From NCBI GenBank assembly GCA_023205875.1, contig CP060754.1, positions 1 through 64,000 on the forward strand: a stretch of DNA of 64,000 nt. Direction: 5' to 3'. Shown here one piece after another: positions 11,136 to 21,505 of this stretch (position 1 is its first letter; each line of letters begins with the position of its first letter). A program made the position numbers and the translations under genes. Origin of the DNA: Chloropicon primus. Taxonomy: Eukaryota. The notes beneath the pieces were generated by a model that worked only from the letters and a program-made list of their open reading frames with translations, made no database searches and was not told where the DNA came from.

Positions 11136-13292
11136 TCACGAAGTCTGCTGCTGGTGCGGGTCCCAAGTCTGCTGCTGTCTTGCCCGGCTGGCTTGATCCG
11201 CCCTCTGGTCGATCTTTGTGAACTGCCAGTCCCAAGACACCCGGTACAGGATCTGCCTCAAGTCGTACCGGTTGTCGTCGGGGGAGTAGTCCTCCGCGTG
11301 GCAGGACGGAGTGATCGTGGTCATCTTGTGCCGGTTTATGGCATAAAAACGGAAGAACCTCTTCACCTTCTCGGCCACTTGGGATGGACTGGATTCGGGC
11401 CACCGCCTCAGCAGAGCCTCGAACATGGAGACGGGCCCGCACTTGGAGAGCTTCCTCAGCCTGCCAAAGATGCCGAGCTCCTCGTACGTCATGCCCATCT
11501 CTGCCTCGTCCAGCTGCTCCCCGCCGACCTCGGTCGGCCGCAACTCCGCGGAAGGCTTTGCCTCTGCAATTCTCTTGAGGTTGGGGTACCCCAGAGCCGC
11601 GCTGCCCCACTCGAGGAATTTCTTGAGATCGGTCTTGCTCACGGCCCCGATGGGGTTCAGATCCCCGCTGCTGCAGTCGTACTTGGTCATGTAGCCTCTC
11701 AGGGCTTCGTCCACGTTGCCCGTGCTCAGGACCAGGAGCCAACCCGGCTTGGTGCCACCGGAGCGAGTCCACGGGAGGAGCTGGGCCATCATGTAAGCGA
11801 TGACCATCCTAACCCTCGCTTGGATGTTCTGCAGGGCGAGGTCCTCGGCCATGGTTCCCCCGCGTGCCACGAACCTCGGAACGGACCCCGTGACCATCCC
11901 GAACAAGGAGACCAAGGCCGAGGTCACAGTAGTGATTGGGAAGCTGTAGTGGAACGAGCCCACGTCCTGGGCCAGGCTCTGGGCGAGATCCTTGGTCACG
12001 TCGGAGTTGCTCTCGGTCGACATGTAGCACGTGTGCAGGAGGCAGCTCGCCAGCTCCCGTGGGGTCTTCGGGGTCCAATCCCCTGCCTTGCGAGCAATTC
12101 TTCTGGCGTCGAGCAAGACCTCCTCCTGGCCTCTGTTGATGTTGTCCACCACCATTTGACACATGCTGCCGCAGATGGCCAGGACAGCCGCACTGTCCGC
12201 TCCCCCGGACAGGGGAATGAGAAAGCCGTTGCCGGAGCTCCTCCTCAGGTAATCCCACAGCCAAAGCGCCGGTCCCCTCGCGATCTCCTCCATCGGGCCG
12301 AGCTCCCGTCCCCCCAGGGGCGGCGTCGGCTGCACCAGGCCAGAGTCGTCCCGGTCCGCGAGCGCAAAATCGGACAGAATGGTCTTCCCGCAGCACGCCT
12401 CGTCGGCCTGGGTGTTCCTGCTCTGGACGCACTGCCTGTATGTCATCACCTCGTCGATGTCCACGGTGGCCGTAACGACCTCCACTTCCCCCAGGTCTTC
12501 AAACTGGCTCCCCTTGGCCAGAATGCCCTTGTCGTTCATCGCGATCATCGACGCGCCGTCGTACACCACCCTAGACCCGTCGCACCCCTTGAGGTTGGAG
12601 TACACGTACACTCCCCCACACCTCGCGACGGAGGAGCACACGAGCTCCTTCCTCCTGCGGAGCTTCTTCAGTTTCCAGTGGCTCCCGCTTCCGTTCGCGA
12701 TGATGTGCGCCCCCGCAAGGGCATAGCGGATGTGAGGAGGGTTCGGGGCCCACAGCTCCTCGCAAGTCTCCGTGGCCACCTTGGTGCCGCAGGCAAACTC
12801 AAGCATCGCGTCCCCGAACGGGCAACGCTCCTGCCTTGGGGACGTGGCTTCTCGCACTCGAGCCGGGAGGAGGAAATCCTCCGTCTCGCCCTGCTTGCTC
12901 CACCTCGTGAAGTGCCGGCTCTCCCTGTAATTCCCATCGTCGCACAGAAACAGCTTGGGCCGAATCAGGAGGATCCTCCTTCCCTGCACGTGCACCCTGC
13001 AGTTGTACACCACCCCGTTGTGCGCGACGGGCATCCCGATGTCGCACGCCATGTTCTCGGTGCATCCACTCTCCATCACCGTTCTCAGGGCCTCCCAGCA
13101 GTGCTCGACGGTGTCCGGCTCGAGGAAGTGGTCCTCGCACCCGTACCCACTGAGCTCGAGCTCGGGTCCAATCCTCAGCTTGCATCCCTTTTCCTTGCAC
13201 AGTTGTATGCTCCTTATCACCCTTCTAACGTTTCCGTCCACGTCCATCGCCCACTGGTTCACCACACACGCTCCCACACTCACAAGCCTCAT
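11136..13292 (-). CDS. QNS1: Glutamine-dependent NAD+ synthetase
   Basis: Nitrilase domain (GPELELSGYGCEDHF, RPKLFL, ETCEELW) plus synthetase domain (PLSGGADS, LALQNIQARVRM, TKYDCSSGDLNPIG). Confidence 0.95.
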   Translation of the reverse strand: MRLVSVGACVVNQWAMDVDGNVRRVIRSIQLCKEKGCKLRIGPELELSGYGCEDHFLEPDTVEHCWEALRTVMESGCTENMACDIGMPVAHNGVVYNCRVHVQGRRILLIRPKLFLCDDGNYRESRHFTRWSKQGETEDFLLPARVREATSPRQERCPFGDAMLEFACGTKVATETCEELWAPNPPHIRYALAGAHIIANGSGSHWKLKKLRRRKELVCSSVARCGGVYVYSNLKGCDGSRVVYDGASMIAMNDKGILAKGSQFEDLGEVEVVTATVDIDEVMTYRQCVQSRNTQADEACCGKTILSDFALADRDDSGLVQPTPPLGGRELGPMEEIARGPALWLWDYLRRSSGNGFLIPLSGGADSAAVLAICGSMCQMVVDNINRGQEEVLLDARRIARKAGDWTPKTPRELASCLLHTCYMSTESNSDVTKDLAQSLAQDVGSFHYSFPITTVTSALVSLFGMVTGSVPRFVARGGTMAEDLALQNIQARVRMVIAYMMAQLLPWTRSGGTKPGWLLVLSTGNVDEALRGYMTKYDCSSGDLNPIGAVSKTDLKKFLEWGSAALGYPNLKRIAEAKPSAELRPTEVGGEQLDEAEMGMTYEELGIFGRLRKLSKCGPVSMFEALLRRWPESSPSQVAEKVKRFFRFYAINRHKMTTITPSCHAEDYSPDDNRYDLRQILYRVSWDWQFTKIDQRADQASRARQQQTWDPHQQQTS

Positions 13293-13622
13293 CTTTCCTC
13301 CTTCCTCCTTCCTCTCCCGTCCCCTTCCTCGACCGCCTTCCTTCCTCGACCGCGCCCTTTTCCTCTGGTTCCCCTCCTCCTTCCTGGGGGAGGAAATGTT
13401 GTTGTGGAAATATCAGTGTACGAACCAAAATTTGAAAAATTGGTCCAAGACGGGACCTTGGGAAGGGGACAACCTTGGAGGGCCTGGTCCCGAGGACCGA
13501 GGACGAGGACCAAGGAGGAAGGAGGAAGAGGGACACAAGGGAGGGAGCGACTGCAGGGACGTGCGGGAATACGGTCCAAGTTCGCAGTGCCCTTGCCTTG
13601 CGTGGTCTGGGGGTGAAACAAG

Positions 13623-15719
13623 ATGGAAGGGGAAGAGGGGCTGGGACAGGAGGAAAGGAAACCAACGGAGGAGAAAGTGGAGGAGGGGCACGACCACCAC
13701 CAGGAGGAGGAAGAGGGGGGGGGAGGAATGGGAGGGGGGGGGCAAGAGGGCCTGGAGGAGCGCATCGGAGACCTGGAGATCGAACCCACTCTCGAGGAGG
13801 GGCCTCCTTCCGAGGAAGTCGTCCGAGAAGAGGATGGCCCTGAAAACCTGCTCTCCGGCGAGGTTGCAGGCAATGAAGGTGAAGGGCTAGCAGACGTCGT
13901 GGGGACAGAGGATGCCGTGGGCGAGGCGAGCGTCGTAAACGGAGAGGATCCAGAGCCAGAGCGGGCTTCTTCCGCCTTGGAGGCGGAGCCTGGCGCACCC
14001 CAGGCGGCAGCAGGGGGGGAAGACAACGCTGACCAGGTCGCGCACTTGGAGGAAGCCGAGGCCAAAGAGAGTCGCCAAGCGGCGACTGCGGACGACTATG
14101 CGTACAGCTCACAAAGGAACAAGGCGGCGGAGGCTGTTGGCAGCAAGGCAAAGCAAGAGAGGGAGAGAGCGGCTGCGGCGAGCGTGAGCTCCGCTGACCC
14201 GGAGGACGGCCGAGGGGGGAGGCGGCAATCTTACGGTAGCAGAGCGAGTGCCAACCCAACGAGGGTCAAAGTTTTGAATCAGGACGAAAGGCAGCTGTCC
14301 CGGGCAGCCGATGCTTACGGCAAGAACCTCATGGACGCGTACGGGAAGAAGGGAAGGGCCCCCGAACAGAGAGCGGGTGGTGGGGTAATGGACAGGGGAG
14401 GCGCTTACGGCAGCGCCCCGGCGCAGGAGCCGCCCGCGCCGCACAGGCAGCCAAAGTCAAGCATGGACAACTTAGTGGCCGAGCTCGGGTCTAAGTTGGC
14501 CCGCCAAACAGCAAAGCTTGAAGCCGCCGAGAAGGGCAAGGAGGAGTTAGAGGACATGCTTCTTCGAATCGAGAAGCACTTCAAGACGGAACAGATGCTG
14601 AGGAGGAAGGCCGAGGTATCCCTGGACCAGATGAGGCAGTCCCTCAAAAACAGCGAGATGGATGGCTCGAGACTGAAGTCGGAGAGGCAAGCATTGGAGA
14701 GGCAGAAGCTGAAAAACATCCAAGAAAGGACAAAGCTCGAGGAGGAGAGGAGTCAAATGCAAGTCATGATCCAGACTGCTGGCGAGCAGGAGAGGAAGGC
14801 GAAGATCGAGCTGCAGGAGCTGCACCACTCGGTCACCACCAGAGAGGAGATGATTCAGTACAGGCTCCAAGCTTCTTACAGCGCGACAATCGCGAAGTTG
14901 GAAGCCGAGATTTCGAGGCTGAAAGAGGAACTTGAGTACAGGACAGTCAGCATGCACCAGGAGCTGCAAAAGTGGAGGGACCAGGCGCAGTTCGCCACGA
15001 ACGCGCTCCGCGAAGCGAAGAACGAGGTCATAGACAGAAAGAGAGAGCTCGATACGACGAAGGAAAGAATGGATCTCTTGGTCGAAAAGTTGTACACCGG
15101 GCGGGAAAGGGGCATGGAACTCAGGGGCGCCATTGACGTGCAAATACACCAGAGCCAGCTCGCTCACGAGATGAGGGAGAAGTTCCAGGCCCAGCAGCAC
15201 ATGCAACCCCAAATGCCGGTGGATGTGCCCTACGGCGGGCCTGGGCCGAGTGCTGCGGCGGGCGCGTCATACCCACCAAACGAGGTCAGCTTGAGGCTAC
15301 CGGCCGTCGATCCCATGCCTCCCAGGATTCCACAGCAAGCGAAGCAGCCCGAGAGAAATCCTGCATCCGTCAATCACGACTTTGGGCGCCCAATCAAGCC
15401 AGAGATTAAGGTCGATCAGGGCACTACTCCAAGACCTATCGCGGGGCAAAGAGGGAAAAGGGTTGCTGGAGAAGCAGGGCCAAGCTACAGCAGAAAAGCT
15501 CCACAGAGCAAAGTTGAAAGCAGGAGGGGCCCGCCCAGGCAGAAGGGGTACGCACAAATACACATCAGGGAGAGCAAAGAGTCGGTGAAGAGGTCACGCC
15601 CTTCTGGGGGCCACAGAGGCACTCCACCGCCTTCCCAACCCTCGCGTGGTGGGAAAGACAGGTGGACGGAAAGCAACAGAGAAAGTGCCATGGCTGCATA
15701 TGCTGCGCGTTGGGAGTAA
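13623..15719 (+). CDS. Hypothetical coiled-coil protein
   Basis: 698-aa ORF with acidic N-terminus and long heptad-rich centre; coding-like codon usage. Confidence 0.7.
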   Translation: MEGEEGLGQEERKPTEEKVEEGHDHHQEEEEGGGGMGGGGQEGLEERIGDLEIEPTLEEGPPSEEVVREEDGPENLLSGEVAGNEGEGLADVVGTEDAVGEASVVNGEDPEPERASSALEAEPGAPQAAAGGEDNADQVAHLEEAEAKESRQAATADDYAYSSQRNKAAEAVGSKAKQERERAAAASVSSADPEDGRGGRRQSYGSRASANPTRVKVLNQDERQLSRAADAYGKNLMDAYGKKGRAPEQRAGGGVMDRGGAYGSAPAQEPPAPHRQPKSSMDNLVAELGSKLARQTAKLEAAEKGKEELEDMLLRIEKHFKTEQMLRRKAEVSLDQMRQSLKNSEMDGSRLKSERQALERQKLKNIQERTKLEEERSQMQVMIQTAGEQERKAKIELQELHHSVTTREEMIQYRLQASYSATIAKLEAEISRLKEELEYRTVSMHQELQKWRDQAQFATNALREAKNEVIDRKRELDTTKERMDLLVEKLYTGRERGMELRGAIDVQIHQSQLAHEMREKFQAQQHMQPQMPVDVPYGGPGPSAAAGASYPPNEVSLRLPAVDPMPPRIPQQAKQPERNPASVNHDFGRPIKPEIKVDQGTTPRPIAGQRGKRVAGEAGPSYSRKAPQSKVESRRGPPRQKGYAQIHIRESKESVKRSRPSGGHRGTPPPSQPSRGGKDRWTESNRESAMAAYAARWE

Positions 15720-15807
15720 AACACGGAGAAAAAAGGTTATTCTATAATAGTATAATAGCTGGTGCTTTAGAAAACATATTTGCAAAGTTGTTTTTAAGCT
15801 ACGGTAG

Positions 15808-18699
15808 TTACCATCGGCTGCGACCACCCTCTGGCCTCTCTGGCCTCTCTGGCCTCCTTGGAGGAGGATCCCTACCATACCTATCATATCCTCCATCTCT
15901 TGGTGGACCCCTTGGTTCTCTCCCCCAGTTGTCCCTTCGAGGTGGGCCGTCATCTCTTCCACCCCTTGGTGGACCATACCTGTCGTCCCTGTAACCTCCT
16001 CTGCGGTCATCCCTTCCTCCACTATATCCATCTCTTCCACCCCTTGGTGGACCATACCTGTCCCCGAAACCACCTCTGCGGTCATCGTAGCCTCCTCCTC
16101 TCCGGTCGCCATAACCTCTATCCATTTCCTCCTCTCTCGCCCTCTGCTTCGCCATTTGCTCGTCCATCCTGCGCATCCTCTCTTCCTCCTCCTTCCTCCT
16201 GGCCTCTTCCTCGACCTTCCTCTTCTCCTCGGCTTCGATCCTGAGCCTCATCTCTTCGGCCTCCCTGCACTGCCTCACGTACGCCTTCTTCCTGGCTAAG
16301 AGGATGCGAGCCTTGGTCTCGACGCGTCTCTGCTCAATCTCCCGCCTCATCTGCTCCTCCTCCTGCTTGTAGAAAGTCTCCCGTTTCTCCAAGAGCTGCT
16401 TCTCGAAAATCTCCTTCTCAGACAAGATCTTGGCGAGACGGTGCTTTTCCTGAAGGTCGGACTCCCACTTCGCCTTGTGCTTTGCCTGGGACTCCTCCTT
16501 ATGCTTTGCCTGGTATTCAAGGTCATCGGCCATTCTCTTCTCGTGGAGGTCCATGAGCAAGCTGGCCTGCTCCTCCCTCTTCGCTCTCTCAAAGTGGTCC
16601 ATGGACTTGGACAGGCGACCAAGCTTGCGAGCTTGCTCCTGCCTTTCCTTGATCTGCTCCTGGATAGCCTGCTGCCTCAACTGCACCTTATCGACCTTCT
16701 CGCCATCCTCGAACTTCTTCCCACTGACCTTGGCAGCCTCCATGAGGGCCCTCGTCTCCTCCCTCTCCGCCTCCTCCTGCTCCCTGCGGATCCTCTCCTG
16801 CTCCCTCCTGGCACTTTCTGTTTGCAGCCTCTTCTTCTCCTCCTCGGCTCTCATCTGCTCAAGTTGGATTCTCCTCGTCTCCTCTTCCTTTTCCTTCTCC
16901 TGGAGCATCTGCTCGTACTCCTCCTTCCTCCTCTCGATGATCACCTTCCTGGCCAGGATGCGCTTGTGCTCGCTGTCGACCTGTGCCCTCATCTCCTCGA
17001 TGGCCTTGGCCTTCCTGTCCTGCTTCATCTGATCCACGGCGTCCTTGTTGATCATGGAGCACGCCTTGTTCATGCGCTTGGCCAAAAGGCTGAGGTGGTT
17101 CTTGATCTTGTCGCTCTCCAGGGTGTGGGCCCCACACAAAACAACCTTGTTCCTGTGGTCAATCCTCACCTGAAGGTGGGCATTTCTCACCGCGTCGACA
17201 AGCAGTCTCTCCACCTCTCCGAACTTGAAGAAGACCACCCTCTCCGAGATGAAGTCCAGCCTCACCGAGGTGTACACCTGGGAAATCTGATGGACCATCT
17301 TCAGGGTGGAAACATGCTGGAGCGGCGACACGAACTGGCTAAAGTTGATCTCGGACACAGGACTCGCTGCGCTCAACGTCATCTCCGCCTTCTTCTCCTC
17401 GAGCTTCGTCAGCACGCTCTGCACCTTCTCGCAGAGGTCAAGGGGGCGGAAGTCGTTCTCCAAGAGGTTGAAGAGCTCCTGGGCCTCGGGCACGGCCATG
17501 GCCAGCACACCCCTCGCCTTGAGCTCCGAGAGGAGAGCCCCCCTGCTGAGGGCCTCCCTGGAGTCCCTCTTCGTGTCCACAGCGAAGCCGAGGAGGTTTG
17601 CCACCCTCGCGGACTTCTCCCTCTCAAGCTCCACCTCGAAGAAGCCGCTGGCATTCTTGGTGTCGTAGGGAAGGATGGAGAGGGTGGAAAGAACCACGGC
17701 GGTAGCCATGAGTTCCATGTCCCTCTCCTGCAGGCTCTTGTTGTAAGTCCTGGATATGTTGAAGAGCTTGTACCACGCGTAGGCGTTGTAGAGGTACTTG
17801 GCAGAGATCCAGAACACCTGGGTCAAGTTGGCGTAGTAGATGGCCATCATCTGTGGCTTGGGGGATCTCTTTCCCAGGAGGGTCAAGGCGTGGATGTCCT
17901 CCACGGTCCTGAAGGCCTCCTGCCAGAGTCCAAGCTTGGCGGCGACCCTGAGCTGCTCGAACCTCGTCTCCATGTACAGTGCCAGCGTCTCAGGCTGCTG
18001 AAGGTCTGGCTTGTCCCTCTGATCGGCGTACTTGTTCAGGTTGGCGAGGTGGTTTCTGATGATCTCGCAAACGCGCTTGAACTCGGTGGACCTCTGGTAG
18101 GTCAAGCAAAAGTTGTAGGCCCTGTTGGCGGTCATGGCGTAAAGAGCCTCGAGCCTGCAGTTGTTGCGCAGGACGTCCAGGGTGTTCCTGTACGACTCCC
18201 ACAAGAACTTGAACCAAGGCATCACGTCCTTCCTCTCCTTCCTGTCCTTGGTGTTGTCGCCGCTCACGTAGCTGAGCATGAGATCCTCCGGCGTGGTGAC
18301 GCTGTCGAGGTCCTCGACTTCGCCAAGCTCGTCCCCCTTGCTGTCCGCGTCCTTCAGGGCCTCGTCGCTCTCCCTCTGAGCCTCCTCGGCCTTGTCGTGC
18401 GCCGCCTTGAGGAGCCTCTTGATGACCTCCTCGAGGCTCTGCACGTTGTCCTGCTGGCACGAGTTCCTGTACTGGATCAGTCCGTCCTTGAGGAGCCTTC
18501 CCTTCTTGAGCTCCACGCACAGCTCGACGTACTTCAACATGATGCTCTCCAAGGCCTTCTGCCACTGCCTGTGCCTCTTGCTGGTAAGGACATCGTGCAA
18601 CGCTTTGAGCGCTGCTTCCCTCTGTCCCACGCGCACGAGTTCCTGCGCGCGCTTGAGGGCATTCTCTGGCTTGGCGAAACCGCCACCTCCACGGTACAT
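15808..18699 (-). CDS. EIF3A: Eukaryotic translation initiation factor 3 subunit A
   Basis: FAKPENALKRA, PWFKFLWESYR, PCI domain, coiled coil and DRYGPPRGG repeat tail. Start placed at the ATG at 18699. Confidence 0.95.
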   Translation of the reverse strand: MYRGGGGFAKPENALKRAQELVRVGQREAALKALHDVLTSKRHRQWQKALESIMLKYVELCVELKKGRLLKDGLIQYRNSCQQDNVQSLEEVIKRLLKAAHDKAEEAQRESDEALKDADSKGDELGEVEDLDSVTTPEDLMLSYVSGDNTKDRKERKDVMPWFKFLWESYRNTLDVLRNNCRLEALYAMTANRAYNFCLTYQRSTEFKRVCEIIRNHLANLNKYADQRDKPDLQQPETLALYMETRFEQLRVAAKLGLWQEAFRTVEDIHALTLLGKRSPKPQMMAIYYANLTQVFWISAKYLYNAYAWYKLFNISRTYNKSLQERDMELMATAVVLSTLSILPYDTKNASGFFEVELEREKSARVANLLGFAVDTKRDSREALSRGALLSELKARGVLAMAVPEAQELFNLLENDFRPLDLCEKVQSVLTKLEEKKAEMTLSAASPVSEINFSQFVSPLQHVSTLKMVHQISQVYTSVRLDFISERVVFFKFGEVERLLVDAVRNAHLQVRIDHRNKVVLCGAHTLESDKIKNHLSLLAKRMNKACSMINKDAVDQMKQDRKAKAIEEMRAQVDSEHKRILARKVIIERRKEEYEQMLQEKEKEEETRRIQLEQMRAEEEKKRLQTESARREQERIRREQEEAEREETRALMEAAKVSGKKFEDGEKVDKVQLRQQAIQEQIKERQEQARKLGRLSKSMDHFERAKREEQASLLMDLHEKRMADDLEYQAKHKEESQAKHKAKWESDLQEKHRLAKILSEKEIFEKQLLEKRETFYKQEEEQMRREIEQRRVETKARILLARKKAYVRQCREAEEMRLRIEAEEKRKVEEEARRKEEEERMRRMDEQMAKQRAREEEMDRGYGDRRGGGYDDRRGGFGDRYGPPRGGRDGYSGGRDDRRGGYRDDRYGPPRGGRDDGPPRRDNWGREPRGPPRDGGYDRYGRDPPPRRPERPERPEGGRSRW

Positions 18700-19008
18700 G
18701 TCTCTCGTTCTCTTGCCTTGTGTGTATGTGTGTGTTTCCTTGTGTGTGTTGTTGAAGGTCTTGGTCTTGGTCCCGATTCCTATCTCCGAGTCCAAGGTCA
18801 AGTCCGAGTCCGAGTGAACGTGAGTCGAGGTCGAGTCGAGGTCGAGTACTCCGCTCTCGTCCTTGTCCTCCTCTTCCCTCGAAGTGAAAACCAAAACCCC
18901 CCGCGCCGCCGGAGTGGAACAGGTGTAAACCAATTCACACTCCTTTTTTCCCTCGAAGAAGCATAAGAAGAAAATTAATATGAAAATTCGAATAGACCAA
19001 GACCAAGA

Positions 19009-19048
19009 CCTTGGCCTTGGCCTTGGCCTTGGCCTTGGCCTTGGCCTT
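19009..19048. repeat. (GGCCTT)n microsatellite between eIF3a and Hpt
   Basis: Read directly. Confidence 0.85.
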
Positions 19049-19166
19049 GTGTGGGTTTGCTCCTTCTTCTTCTTCTTCTTGGGTCTTCTTTGGTCTTCTT
19101 TGCCGAAGGAGGAGGGAGGGGACCTTGGGACCTAAGGACACAAAGGACAACCAAGGAGGAAACACC

Positions 19167-19762
19167 ATGTTGGTAAGGCAACAAGACAACAACAGAGATA
19201 CGCAAAGGCACACTCACACAACACACAACACACAAAGACTTGAGCGCTCCAGTACTTGAGACGCACACACACACACACATATAACTTTTTTGCTGACTAC
19301 TCTCTGAACATCCTCCTCCTCGTGTGGCTTGCCTCACACCACAACAAGGGAGAGATGGACGACGAAGAGTTCGTGAAGCAGCTCCTGGAGGAGTTTGACA
19401 AAGAATTCTGGGAAGCCATGGAGAAAATAAGAGTTGGGCTGAAGACCGGAGAACTGGAAGAGACCAAGATAGCTGCTCATAGCATAAAAGGTTCGGCGGC
19501 CGTCTTCGGGGCCACGGACCTGTCCGAGGCCGCGAAAGTCTTGGAGCACGCTTTGAAGGTACGCGGGCACCTCACAAGCAACGTTCAGCACCATCATCAT
19601 CATCATCGCTATCATCTCCCCACTGACAGAGCTCTTTGCTTTCGCTTGTGCGTGCAGAACGGGGAGACAGAGTGTCAGGACGACCTGACAAAGATGGCGG
19701 ACAAAATCGAGTCGTGCTTCAAGTCGGTGGACAGGGAGTCTCTTGCGAGCGTCATGATGTAA
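19167..19762 (+). CDS. Histidine phosphotransfer (Hpt) protein; intron 19559-19657, probable 6-nt first coding exon with intron 19173-19348
   Basis: Hpt signature AAHSIKGSAAVFGA, preceded by the DDEEFVKQLLEEF helix. Both introns are GT...CTGAC...AG and keep frame. An alternative start is the ATG at 19355. Confidence 0.85.
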
Positions 19763-19867
19763 CGCAGAGGTCTCAAGGCTGAGATGCCAACATTGTATGT
19801 ACAACTACTTTACAAAATAATGACCTTTTAACTTTTCAAAACCACTTCGAGACCACACATCCGGAGG

Positions 19868-21505
19868 TCAGGTCAGGTTCTGGGACACCAGAGCGAGAAG
19901 CTCGTTCTTTGGTATTCCCTTGGACAGTTTCGAATCAAAGCCGACCTTGATGAAAGTCTCCATCGATTCGTCCTCCCTGACCGTGCCCGTCAAGGCGTAA
20001 ATCTTCTGGTGATGGCCCGGCCTGTTCTGCCTCTCCCACGACCTGAACTCGGAAACAAACTCCATGCCGGTCATGACCGGCATGTGAATGTCAGACAAGA
20101 CGACGTCGAAGGTTCTCTTCTGCAGCATGTCCAGAGCCTCCTTGCCGTTCCTCGCGGTGACCACGTGGACTCCCGCCTTCTTCAAGATCCTAGAGAGCTG
20201 CAGGATGATGGACAGCATGTCGTCGACGATTAGCACCGATGGCTTCCCGCTCTCGTCCTTCTCCGGCTCGTGCAGAGGCTTGTAGTTCACGCCCTCCGCG
20301 TTGTTTCTCGTCCAGTTGGACTCCAACTTTTTCGTCAGCCAGAAGGTCTCCCTCTCCCCCTTGCCCTTGATCTTGATCAGACCCCTCCTCTCCAGCTGGA
20401 ACGACTGGCTCCTCGTCGTCATGTTCAGCAAGTTGTAGGTCGAGCGGCTCACTTGCACCTTCCCTGGCTCTCCGGTGCTCTCCATCCGGCTGGCGTAATT
20501 CACGGTGTCCCCGAAGAGCTGCCACCTCGGCCGGTCTGCCCTGATGACCCCAGTCACGATTGGACCGGAGTTCACCCCCACCCTCACGTTGAAGTCCTCC
20601 TGCTTGAAGATTCTCCGCATCTCGGGGATAGTGTCTATGATCGCGAGCCCGAAGATTCCCATCTTCTCCGCGTGGTCCTCCTCTCCCGCGTGGCCACAAA
20701 TCGCCTGGTAGCCGTCTCCTATGGTCTCCACCTTGTAAACGCCGATCTGTTCGGCGAGATCGTCGACCACTTGGAAGTAAGCGGAGAGGCACTCGATGAC
20801 TTCCGTGGGCGGAGCGTCCGCGCACCAGGCCGTGAACCCAACGATGTCAGACATGAGCACCGAGACCGAAGGGTGGAGCTCCGCAATATCCGTCAGCTCG
20901 GACTTGAGGGCGTCCACGACTTTGGGCGGAAAGACGCTGTGGAGGGTGTTGGCGAGGTATTTTATGTGCTTCGCCATGTCCACGATCTTGGTGTCCGTCT
21001 CCAGAAGCACCTTCTTCAGAGTCTCGCCCACGTTCCTTTCTATCCCGTCCTCGTCCTTCAGGGAGGTCAGCAGCAAGTCGTCACTCGCGATGTCAAGAAG
21101 CTGCATGTCCTGGAGAAGGGAGTCCGTCCCTTCGAGGACCTTGTCCAGGGTCATGTACGTGTGCTTGTTGCTAGGGGTCGCGGCCGACTTGCTGTGGTCC
21201 TTCGCAGGCAGGGTGAGCGTTGCTCTCTTCGTGGGCGAGGTCCCCGGGCTATCCTTCGGGCTCGTCGTCGACGTGTTTATGGGCGAGACCCTGGAGAAGC
21301 TAAGGCTTCTGAACGAGGGCGAAGCTGGCGTCTTGCGCACGGTGTTCCCATTCAGAGTCGGAAGGTTGTACCTCTCCAGCAGATCCTTCTGAGAGAGTCC
21401 ATAGTCCTCCGCAATGCGTTCCACGATCTTGGCCCCGCAAGTCTCCACGATATGCTGCAAGTACCGTTCCGACTCCAGTACGCAGTCCTTGATGAGGTTC
21501 GCCAT
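19868..21505 (-). CDS. Class III nucleotidyl cyclase (guanylyl-type signature) fused to a C-terminal response-regulator receiver
   Basis: SVLMSDIVGFT, YKVETIGDGY, RVGVNSGP, LFGDTVNYASRMESTG; REC LIVDD...LSDIHMPVMTG...ALTG...K. Confidence 0.9.
   Translation of the reverse strand: MANLIKDCVLESERYLQHIVETCGAKIVERIAEDYGLSQKDLLERYNLPTLNGNTVRKTPASPSFRSLSFSRVSPINTSTTSPKDSPGTSPTKRATLTLPAKDHSKSAATPSNKHTYMTLDKVLEGTDSLLQDMQLLDIASDDLLLTSLKDEDGIERNVGETLKKVLLETDTKIVDMAKHIKYLANTLHSVFPPKVVDALKSELTDIAELHPSVSVLMSDIVGFTAWCADAPPTEVIECLSAYFQVVDDLAEQIGVYKVETIGDGYQAICGHAGEEDHAEKMGIFGLAIIDTIPEMRRIFKQEDFNVRVGVNSGPIVTGVIRADRPRWQLFGDTVNYASRMESTGEPGKVQVSRSTYNLLNMTTRSQSFQLERRGLIKIKGKGERETFWLTKKLESNWTRNNAEGVNYKPLHEPEKDESGKPSVLIVDDMLSIILQLSRILKKAGVHVVTARNGKEALDMLQKRTFDVVLSDIHMPVMTGMEFVSEFRSWERQNRPGHHQKIYALTGTVREDESMETFIKVGFDSKLSKGIPKNELLALVSQNLT

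Noticed and set aside
10452..13616. 1054-aa plus-strand ORF, and similar long antisense ORFs such as 16441-18966, 20270-21682, 33954-35825 and 60570-62192
   Set aside because: Shadows of genuine opposite-strand genes caused by high GC3; no recognisable domains.
15830..16110. Direct repeats (CATCTCTTCCACCCCTTGGTGGACCATACCTGTC twice) resembling a CRISPR-like array
   Set aside because: They encode the normal DRYGPPRGG low-complexity tail of eIF3a.
18700..18933. N-terminal extensions of ORF-track starts (eIF3a, Lhca1, ubiquitin, PhyH, WDR44-like and others)
   Set aside because: Low-complexity 5' UTR read-through from non-ATG starts; homology begins at downstream ATGs.
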